From contig CAYWVJ010000003.1 of assembly GCA_964461825.1 (NCBI GenBank), forward strand, positions 1-41,446: a stretch of 41,446 nucleotides of DNA, written 5' to 3'. The DNA comes from an uncultured Gammaproteobacteria bacterium (GTDB taxonomy: Bacteria > Patescibacteriota > Microgenomatia > UBA10105 > UBA927). The position numbers and the translations under genes are program-made. This document shows, piece by piece, positions 34,696-41,446 of this stretch; within the stretch, counting starts at the first letter, position 1, and each line of letters opens with the position of its first letter. Below the pieces are notes generated by a model that was not told the origin of the DNA, ran no database searches, and saw nothing but the letters and a program-made list of their open reading frames with translations.

Positions 34696-35945
34696 ACGAA
34701 CGGTTTTCGTGCGGGCGCGGTTTTCGTATTTTTCCTGACGACGTAGCCGGGTTTGGCGATGCAGAACGAGTTCTCCGGCATATCTTTATCAAGGACAACC
34801 CCGGAACCGACGAACGTGTTTTTTCCGATTTTTACGCCGGGCATGACGGATGCGTTGATGCCGATCCGTACGCCGGCCGCGATCACTGCTCCGAGTTTTG
34901 TCCTTCCCGACCTGCCGATTTGCCCGTCATCAAGCCGGAGATTTGCGAGTTTCGCCCCGCCGCCCATGCTGATATTCCCCTCCAGCACCGAGTCGCCGAT
35001 GTAATTTTCGTGGAACCAGCAGGTATCGCCGACGTAACTTCTTGTAATATCGGTGGAAAATCCGGTAACGCAATCCGCACCGATGTGGGACTCGCGGATA
35101 ATATTGTTGTTCCCGATGACGGTATTTTTGCCGATGTAGCAGGGGCCGACGATTTTTGTATTTTCGAAAATCTTCACGTTATCCTCGAGAAATACCGGCC
35201 CGTCGATGATCACGTTTTTCCCGATCCAAACGTTTTTCCCTTTGTGGGCGGGCATCGTGTCCAAAAAAATCGCCAGCGCGTCGAGTACGTTCCACGGATA
35301 TTTAAGCGGTGCAAAATGCCCGTCGTACGGGACAAACTGAAATTCGCGGCGCGCCATAAGTTTGGTCAGCGCCCGCTCATATACGTCATCGGTGCCGCCG
35401 GCGGTGGTCGCTAGTTCTGCTATAAACTCACCAGCGTCGGCAATGTAATGGCACACGATGTTGGCGTACGGGCTTGGCCGGTCTGCTTCTTTCGGCTTTT
35501 CCGCGATACCCTGCACGCGGCCGTTTTCTATTGCCAGATAGCCTGCTTCGAGGTGGCGGTCCGGTTTCCAGCCCGGTACCGCGCCGAACGCCTTCGTGTT
35601 TACCACGCGGGATAAAAGTTCCGGGTCAACGACGTCGTCAACGTTCACGATAAGAACAGGACCGGTAATGCCGTCCCGTGCGGCGAGAATTGCATTTCCC
35701 ATGCCTTTGGGTTCTTTCTGCACGACGGTGCTCGTTGGTATGGGAAACCGGAATGACCGTACGGCCGCATCGTTTGCGGGGTTGGTCACGATAATCATCT
35801 GCGACACCGCTTCGGGCACGTCACCGATCGTGTGCGCAAAGAGCGGACTGCCGAAAAACGGAAACAGCGCTTTACTTGTGGTCAGCGGCCAAAACCGTTT
35901 GCCGACCCCTCCCGCAAGCACGATGAGTGTCATGTTATGCTTCAT
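34692..35945 (-). CDS. sugar-1-phosphate nucleotidyltransferase fused to a left-handed beta-helix (GlmU-like architecture)
   Basis: LAGGVGKRFWPLT at the N-terminus and hexapeptide repeats at the C-terminus (IGKNTVIGNNNIIRESHIGADCV...). ATG 35933 is an alternative start. Confidence 0.75.
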   Translation of the reverse strand: MKHNMTLIVLAGGVGKRFWPLTTSKALFPFFGSPLFAHTIGDVPEAVSQMIIVTNPANDAAVRSFRFPIPTSTVVQKEPKGMGNAILAARDGITGPVLIVNVDDVVDPELLSRVVNTKAFGAVPGWKPDRHLEAGYLAIENGRVQGIAEKPKEADRPSPYANIVCHYIADAGEFIAELATTAGGTDDVYERALTKLMARREFQFVPYDGHFAPLKYPWNVLDALAIFLDTMPAHKGKNVWIGKNVIIDGPVFLEDNVKIFENTKIVGPCYIGKNTVIGNNNIIRESHIGADCVTGFSTDITRSYVGDTCWFHENYIGDSVLEGNISMGGGAKLANLRLDDGQIGRSGRTKLGAVIAAGVRIGINASVMPGVKIGKNTFVGSGVVLDKDMPENSFCIAKPGYVVRKNTKTAPARKPFV

Positions 35946-37266
35946 TGATTCTCACGATTTTTGCGCCGAGCGCGCTAAGCCTCTCTTCTATTTTCTCATA
36001 TCCGCGGTCAACGTGCGAAACGCCGTGGATGACGCTCTCGCCCCTTGCCGCAAGCGCGGCAATAACGAGCGTTGCTCCGGCACGAAGATCGTCGATGTCA
36101 ACGACGGCGTTATGCAGTTTTACGGGCCCGGTGATTCGAATCCCCTGATGATATCCGTCAACGCGGTCTTCCCAGTTGAAATTATAGAATTCCTGTGGAT
36201 TCTCAACCGGCGGGTCGTAAAATTCTATGACGGCTCCCATTTTCTTAAGCTCCGAGACGTATGAAAATCTGCTCTCAAATACGGTTTCGTGCAGCGTCGA
36301 CACGCCGCCGGCCTGCGTCATAAGTACTGCCCACGGCGCCTGCCAGTCCGTCATAAAACCCGGGTATGGGCGGGTAACGACGTCCGTTGCCGAAAGCCGG
36401 CCGCTTCCCCGGTACCGCGTCGTTTCCTCGTCGATTGCCTGGTACTGCGCGCCCGCACGGGTCAGCATCGCGAGGAACGGCGCCAGATGCCTGCGCTGGG
36501 AATTTTTGACGATGATGTCACCGCCCGTCGCCGCCGCGGCGATCGCAAACGTTACTTCCTCGTTGCGGTCGGGTATGATGCTGTATTCTGTTCCCGAAAG
36601 TTTTCTCACGCCTTCGATAACGATCGTACGCGGCTTCACGCGGGAAATCCGTGCCCCCATGTTCGTAAGACACGCGATGAGGTCGTCTATTTCCACCTCT
36701 TCCGCCGCGTTTTCAAGGACTGTCCGGCCCTCTGCCAAAACTGCCGCCAGAATAAGCGTTTCCGTGCCCGTGTGGGTATTTTTTTTGAAACGGATCGTTG
36801 CGCCGTGAAGTTTTTTCGCACTCCCGTAAAAATATCCGTCATCGGAATGATACGAAATCTCTGCCCCCATGTGTTTGAGCGCCTCGATGTGCCGGTCGAT
36901 GGGACGCGCGCCGAGCCTGCAGCCGCCGGGGTTAGGTACGACAGCCGCGCCGTACCGCGCCAAAAGCGGCCCCATGACCATCGACGACGTGCGCAGCCGC
37001 GATCCCACCTCAAGCGGCACCCGCGCATCGTCCGCATGACTGTTAATAACGCGCACGGTGGACCCGTGCACCGACGATTTCACGCCCAGCTCGCGCAGCA
37101 CTTCGAGCATCGTATGAACGTCGCCGATCCGGGGCACGTTGTGGATGACGATTTCCTCGTCGGTCAGAAGCGACGCAACGAGAATCTTCAGCGCGACGTT
37201 TTTGGCGCCTCCCACGGCTATTTCACCGTGCAGCGCATTCCCTCCGGTAATGACAAATTTTTCCAT
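35935..37266 (-). CDS. murA: UDP-N-acetylglucosamine 1-carboxyvinyltransferase
   Basis: GGAKNVALKILVASLL and NPGGCRLGARPIDRH (catalytic Cys present), with a two-domain EPSP-like length. Confidence 0.92.
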   Translation of the reverse strand: MEKFVITGGNALHGEIAVGGAKNVALKILVASLLTDEEIVIHNVPRIGDVHTMLEVLRELGVKSSVHGSTVRVINSHADDARVPLEVGSRLRTSSMVMGPLLARYGAAVVPNPGGCRLGARPIDRHIEALKHMGAEISYHSDDGYFYGSAKKLHGATIRFKKNTHTGTETLILAAVLAEGRTVLENAAEEVEIDDLIACLTNMGARISRVKPRTIVIEGVRKLSGTEYSIIPDRNEEVTFAIAAAATGGDIIVKNSQRRHLAPFLAMLTRAGAQYQAIDEETTRYRGSGRLSATDVVTRPYPGFMTDWQAPWAVLMTQAGGVSTLHETVFESRFSYVSELKKMGAVIEFYDPPVENPQEFYNFNWEDRVDGYHQGIRITGPVKLHNAVVDIDDLRAGATLVIAALAARGESVIHGVSHVDRGYEKIEERLSALGAKIVRINEA

Positions 37267-38210
37267 CAGAATTCTCCAACGCGGACGATTTCTTCGGTAA
37301 GTCGGACGCCGAACCTCGCACGGACCTTTTCACGAACCTTCTCGATTAATGTTACCACGTCGGCGGCAGTGGCGGCGCCGCGGTTCACGATAAAATTTGC
37401 GTGGACGTCCGACACCCACGCGTCGCGAACGTGCATCCCTTTACAGCCGGCATGATCAATAAGAAATCCTGCTGACGTCGTATGGTTTGGCGTCGGAACC
37501 GACAGTGCTTCTGCCTCTGAGATATTTCTGAACGTGCATCCGGGAGATTTTACCCCCTGCGGCTGCGAAAACTGACGGTATTTGACGCTCTCCGTCGCGA
37601 TCTTCCACAGTTCGTCTTTTTTCCGTTTGCGCAGCGCAAACACGACCGACAGTACGATATCGCCGGTTTTCTGGATAATTGAAGTATCGTAGGCAAAGTG
37701 AAAATACGATTTCGCAACGGTCTTCCGTTCGTTTTTGGGCGTGAGAATCTGCGCCTGATGCACGCAGTCGCCCACATATCCGGTCGGGTGCGTCCATTTG
37801 GAATTCATGTAGACAGCCCCGCCCACTGACCCCGGCAGCCCCAGCTGCATCTCAAGCCCGGCAAGACCCTCTTCCACGGTAAACCGGACGAGCTGGTTGA
37901 CGATAACGCCGCTTTCCGCTTCCACGAATACGGTCTGCGCCTGGCGCGAACCTTTTACTCCGCGCATCGAAATCCCGCGCGCGCCGTTTTTAATGACCAC
38001 GCCGCGGATGCCGCGGTCGCCCACGAGGATGTTGGAGCCGCCGCCCAAAATAAAAACCGGAAGACTGCGTTTTCGTGCCTCAAGCACCGCGGTAACCAGT
38101 TCATCGACGGTATTGGCGGGATAAAAATAATCCGCCGGCCCGCCGATGTGGAACGTCGTATGATTGGCGAGCGGTTCGTTTTTACGAAATAAATTTTCGG
38201 CTGTATCCAT
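37266..38210 (-). CDS. murB: UDP-N-acetylenolpyruvoylglucosamine reductase
   Basis: LANHTTFHIGGPADYF, ILGGGSNIL, and the C-terminal GCTFRNI...SAGFLID. Start trimmed to ATG 38210. The stop shares one nt with the murA start (TGATG). Confidence 0.88.
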   Translation of the reverse strand: MDTAENLFRKNEPLANHTTFHIGGPADYFYPANTVDELVTAVLEARKRSLPVFILGGGSNILVGDRGIRGVVIKNGARGISMRGVKGSRQAQTVFVEAESGVIVNQLVRFTVEEGLAGLEMQLGLPGSVGGAVYMNSKWTHPTGYVGDCVHQAQILTPKNERKTVAKSYFHFAYDTSIIQKTGDIVLSVVFALRKRKKDELWKIATESVKYRQFSQPQGVKSPGCTFRNISEAEALSVPTPNHTTSAGFLIDHAGCKGMHVRDAWVSDVHANFIVNRGAATAADVVTLIEKVREKVRARFGVRLTEEIVRVGEF

Positions 38211-39489
38211 AAATATCCCCTGCACCCATACATATAATAACATCGTCGCCTCCGGCAATCGCGCGCAACCGTTTTTCGACCGCCGCATAATCCGGCGCAA
38301 AGTAAACGCTGCGTACGTATTTGGCCGATTCCTGCGCCAGCATTTTCCCGGAAATTCCCAGTGAATCCTTCTCCCGCGCAGATGCATAAATGTCCGTAAG
38401 AATCACTTCGTCGGCATCGCCGAACGCCCGTGCGAAATCGTGCATCAGCGCCTTGGTGCGCGAGTATGTGTGCGGCTGAAATACCGCGATGATGCGGCTG
38501 CGCGGATACCACGCGCGCGCGGCCGCGATGGTTGCCGTAATTTCGCTGGGATGATGCGCATAATCATCGTACACGCGGATGCCGCCGATCTTTCCGACCA
38601 GCTCAAACCTGCGTTTCGTGCCGCCGAACGCGAGCAACCCTTTTTTACAATCCTCCCACGAAACGCCGGCGTAAGAACACGCCACCGCGGCAAGCGCTGC
38701 GTTTGCCGCGTTATGACGGCCGGGAACCTTAAGCGTAAATTCACCGACCCGGACGCCGCCCCGGTACAGCGAAAAAAACGTACGCTCGCTCCCGAACCTG
38801 ACGTCGCGTACGTCCGCGTCAGCCGCCGCAATTACGTGATTCGATTGTTTCGCCAGTGCGTCGAAGGCGCCCTGCACCGCCGCAAGCGACGGGTACACGT
38901 CCGGGTGATCCCAGTCTATGTTGGTAATCACAAGAACGTCGGGGTGCTGCCATAAAAATCTGGGCGTGAGGTCGTGAGCCGGATCGGTAACGTATTCATC
39001 CGCTTCCGCAACGAAAATATTTCCGCGGCCATAGTGCCCGGGAAGCCCGAGCCCGCGGATTTCACCGCACCCGATCGCCCATGAGGGATCGCGTCCGGCT
39101 TTTGCAAGAATCGTCGCAATCATCGCCGTCGTCGTCGTTTTTCCGTGTGAACCGGCAACGGAAATCTGCCGCTTCCCGTGCATGATTTCGCCCAGCGCCT
39201 TCCCGTGCGGCAACGTACGAATGCCGAGCGCTTGTGCCTCCACCACTTCCGGATTATCCTGACCTTCGTGGGCGCCAGTGTAGATCACGAGATCAGGACG
39301 AATTTTCCCTCCGAGATTTCTCGGATCGAAATCGGGAATTACCTCGATTCCTGCTTTCGCAAGAACCGTATCCGTGGGAAACTCATCCCGAACGTCCGAG
39401 CCCGTTACGCGGAAGCCTGCTTCCCTGTACCACACCGCAAGCGCCGTCATGGCAACCCCCTTGATGCCGACAAAATGGATGCGTTTCAT
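38182..39489 (-). CDS. murC: UDP-N-acetylmuramate--L-alanine ligase
   Basis: IHFVGIKGVAMTALA, P-loop VAGSHGKTTTTAM, DYAHHPSEI. Confidence 0.92.
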   Translation of the reverse strand: MKRIHFVGIKGVAMTALAVWYREAGFRVTGSDVRDEFPTDTVLAKAGIEVIPDFDPRNLGGKIRPDLVIYTGAHEGQDNPEVVEAQALGIRTLPHGKALGEIMHGKRQISVAGSHGKTTTTAMIATILAKAGRDPSWAIGCGEIRGLGLPGHYGRGNIFVAEADEYVTDPAHDLTPRFLWQHPDVLVITNIDWDHPDVYPSLAAVQGAFDALAKQSNHVIAAADADVRDVRFGSERTFFSLYRGGVRVGEFTLKVPGRHNAANAALAAVACSYAGVSWEDCKKGLLAFGGTKRRFELVGKIGGIRVYDDYAHHPSEITATIAAARAWYPRSRIIAVFQPHTYSRTKALMHDFARAFGDADEVILTDIYASAREKDSLGISGKMLAQESAKYVRSVYFAPDYAAVEKRLRAIAGGDDVIICMGAGDIYGYSRKFIS

Positions 39490-40184
39490 ATGCTCACGAA
39501 TGCAAGCTGAACACCGAACGACTCTTTCGGGTCTTTACGGAATGAGTTAAATTCAGCAACCTGACACGACGTGCACGTAACCGGCGCGTCGATCCGGGAA
39601 GGGTCAATGCCGCATTCCTCAAGCTGCAGATAATTTGCATACCCGATATCAAGATGCCACGCGCCTTCGATGCGCGATGCAATCCGCTCATTTTCCCCGA
39701 ACGCGTTTTGAAATGCATGCACCCGGTCAGGCAAAACCGCGTAACAGCACATCCCGATGTGCGGACCCATGGAAACGACGATGCTGCCGCGGTCGGCACC
39801 CGACTGTTCCATTACACGGATGAGTTCTTTGGCTATCCCCGCGAGCGTCCCTTTCCACCCCGCGTGTGCGGTGCCGATCGTGCGCGTTTTGGGATCGAAC
39901 GCAAGAAGCGGTACGCAGTCGGCAAACGTAACGCCCAAAACGCCCGTGCCCACGAGCCCGTCGTACCCTTCCATGATCTTCCCCGCATCGGACTCGTTTA
40001 CCCGTTTGATGCGCACCCCGTGCACCTGTTCAGCCAGTATCAGCCGCCCGATCCGGCCGTCCAAAAATTTTTCTCTTGCGCTTGCCGTCCGCATGTCTCC
40101 GAACCACCGCGTCGAATACCCGTGGTCAACGCCAAAAGACGCAAGCAGTGTCGACACGTACCGGTGATCACGTTTTTGTAACAT
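39486..40184 (-). CDS. pgeF: peptidoglycan editing factor PgeF (YfiH / Cu-oxidase_4 family)
   Basis: QVHGVRI, ADCVPLL, AHAGWKGT, GPHIGMCCY match the YfiH family. ATGA overlap with murC. Confidence 0.85.
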   Translation of the reverse strand: MLQKRDHRYVSTLLASFGVDHGYSTRWFGDMRTASAREKFLDGRIGRLILAEQVHGVRIKRVNESDAGKIMEGYDGLVGTGVLGVTFADCVPLLAFDPKTRTIGTAHAGWKGTLAGIAKELIRVMEQSGADRGSIVVSMGPHIGMCCYAVLPDRVHAFQNAFGENERIASRIEGAWHLDIGYANYLQLEECGIDPSRIDAPVTCTSCQVAEFNSFRKDPKESFGVQLAFVSI

Positions 40185-41349
40185 GGGATAATGTCTTTCG
40201 GACTGCGTCCTGATCGCTCCACGGAAACTCCGTATCTCCCCGCGCGAGACTTTTCTCGTGTCCTTTGCCGGTAAGTATCACGAGATCATTTGGCCGGGCA
40301 AACTGCAGCGCAAAATCAACCGCCTCCTGCCTGTCGGGAATCCGGTACACCTGCGGCCCGGGCTGGATTCCCCCGGCAATTTCATCCATAATCGTTTCCA
40401 CGTTTTCCGTGCGATAATCTTCTTCGGTAAGCACGATGACGTCGGCGTATTTACCCGACGCTCTGCCCATAAGCGGGCGTTTGGAGGCGTCGCGCAGTCC
40501 CGCGCTGCCGAAAACGTGGATCAGCCGCTTTTTGGTCAGCGCACGGGCTGTTTTGAGCGCTTTGTCGATTGCATTGGGCGTGTGTGCAAAATCGACGATC
40601 ACCGTAAAAGGCTCGCGCGCGAGTATTTCCATGCGCCCGGGAACGCCGGGAAATGCCGCAACGACGCTTTGTGCGGTTTTCACGGGAATTCCCAGCGCAT
40701 CTGCCGCGGCAAAACCGGCCAAACAGTTATACCGGTTAAACTCGCCCGGCAATTTCGTCGAAAACGGATGGTTTTTGGGCGTCACTTTTGCATCCCGCCG
40801 GATCCCGTACGTGATGACCGTCTTGCGGCGAAGGAGAGGCATCGCGCGGTTATAGAGTTCCGCCTCATCGCGGTTAACTACGGCGATACCCGCACGCTCT
40901 AGGAGTTTCAGTTTGGTTTTCAGGTACCGTTCGTACGTCTTGTGCCAGTCGAGGTGTTCGTGCGTCACGTTCGTGATGACCCCGACGGCAAACCGCACGC
41001 CGAACACGCGGTGCTGCGCCAGACCGTGCGACGTTACTTCCAGAATGAAATGCGTGTCCCCGTGATCGGCCGATTCCCGCAGATACTGTTGCACGTACCA
41101 CGGGTTTGGCGTCGTCACATGGAAGCCGGTATCGTACGTTTTGCCCGCGATTACGGCGTGCACTGACGTAATCATGCTCGTTTTGTACCCGGCAGCCCTG
41201 CACATTTCGTAAATGAGCGTCGTCGTGGTTGTTTTGCCGTCCGTGCCGGTTACGCCCACGACCGTCAGCTTTCGGCTGGGAAAACCAAAGCGTATATTTG
41301 CAGCTATGGCAATTGCGAGGTGATACAGCCCCTTAAGGCTCCGTAACAT
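40168..41349 (-). CDS. Mur ligase family protein, MurE-like but lacking the N-terminal UDP-binding domain
   Basis: The P-loop GVTGTDGKTTTT is only ~35 aa from the start. Also EVTSHGLAQHRV, NVTHEHLDWH, DFAHTPNA, VFGSAGLRDASKRPLMG. EEDYR stands where MurE has DNPR. Confidence 0.75.
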   Translation of the reverse strand: MLRSLKGLYHLAIAIAANIRFGFPSRKLTVVGVTGTDGKTTTTTLIYEMCRAAGYKTSMITSVHAVIAGKTYDTGFHVTTPNPWYVQQYLRESADHGDTHFILEVTSHGLAQHRVFGVRFAVGVITNVTHEHLDWHKTYERYLKTKLKLLERAGIAVVNRDEAELYNRAMPLLRRKTVITYGIRRDAKVTPKNHPFSTKLPGEFNRYNCLAGFAAADALGIPVKTAQSVVAAFPGVPGRMEILAREPFTVIVDFAHTPNAIDKALKTARALTKKRLIHVFGSAGLRDASKRPLMGRASGKYADVIVLTEEDYRTENVETIMDEIAGGIQPGPQVYRIPDRQEAVDFALQFARPNDLVILTGKGHEKSLARGDTEFPWSDQDAVRKTLSHVTKT

Positions 41350-41355
41350 GCAACT

Positions 41356-41364
41356 ATTATACCA
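41356..41364 (-). promoter_or_regulatory. extended -10 promoter candidate (TGGTATAAT) for the cell-wall/division array
   Basis: Minus strand reads aTGgTATAATagttgcATG. This is a perfect TGnTATAAT ending 6 nt before the first ATG of the array, with no Shine-Dalgarno sequence. Confidence 0.5.
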
Positions 41365-41394
41365 TCATTGTGAAACCGGGAGTCTACCTCACTA

Positions 41395-41426
41395 CTTCAC
41401 ACATCGAATGTGTGTTAGCTTCACAC
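41395..41426. promoter_or_regulatory. possible operator: CTTCACAC direct repeat flanking a CACACAT/ATGTGTG hairpin
   Basis: CTTCACAC occurs at 41395-41402 and 41419-41426. A 7-bp inverted repeat lies at 41398-41414. All are within 80 nt upstream of the array promoter. Confidence 0.3.
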
Positions 41427-41446
41427 CTCGCTCATTTTCATTGCGA

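Noticed and set aside
1-41446. CRISPR arrays, rRNA genes, transposases/integrases and canonical parS sites.
   Set aside because: Visual scanning found no regularly spaced direct repeats, no rRNA-like conserved blocks, no DDE or tyrosine-recombinase ORF in the track, and no TGTTNCACGTGAAACA-like site. A computational scan could still find degenerate instances.

Overview
41.4-kb window from a gene-dense, high-GC bacterial genome. Hand-counted 60-nt lines give about 55-65% GC in the core genes. Many genes overlap by 4 nt (ATGA). There is a short Mur ligase, and FemAB, PgeF and DgkA genes sit inside the cell-wall cluster. This is consistent with a reduced Patescibacteria/CPR-like or Gram-positive-like lineage, but that is inference only.

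Layout:
(i) 1-14 kb: a 5'-truncated hypothetical CDS, tRNA-Thr(CGU) and a membrane-anchored Ig-like protein. These are followed by a ~10-kb surface-glycan cluster (O-antigen-ligase-like protein, 2 GT2, 3 GT4, 3 polytopic GT-C-like proteins, a low-GC SAM methyltransferase), a secreted 753-aa beta-propeller/LCAT-like lipase fusion, and a small membrane protein.
(ii) 14-21 kb: tRNA-Val(GAC), lepB, an orphan parB, rpmA, a Trm11-like methyltransferase, rplU, rodA, ileS.
(iii) 21.1-22.8 kb: a low-GC 1.65-kb segment carrying a NYN-domain gene and a small Cys-rich membrane protein.
(iv) 22.7-41.3 kb: one uninterrupted minus-strand division/cell-wall array. Its order is murE-like, pgeF, murC, murB, murA, NTP-transferase, a/b-hydrolase, DegT-like, MBL, FemAB, dgkA, mraY, murI, murD, ftsW, murG, ftsQ, ftsA, ftsZ.

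Most notable finding: the low-GC segment appears to be inserted inside the codons for the conserved FtsZ C-terminal peptide. The functional ftsZ now ends in AT-rich codons for [10 protein letters not shown] stop-preceded, GC-rich relic encoding IPPFLRQRS*, followed by the same 18-nt palindromic motif, lies 1,647 nt away next to the ileS leader.

Other points: a second low-GC patch ends at the domain boundary of the propeller-lipase ORF. Extended -10 promoters recur close to start codons, suggesting leaderless mRNAs. Two tRNAs directly abut ORFs. No rRNA, CRISPR array, transposase or integrase was seen.
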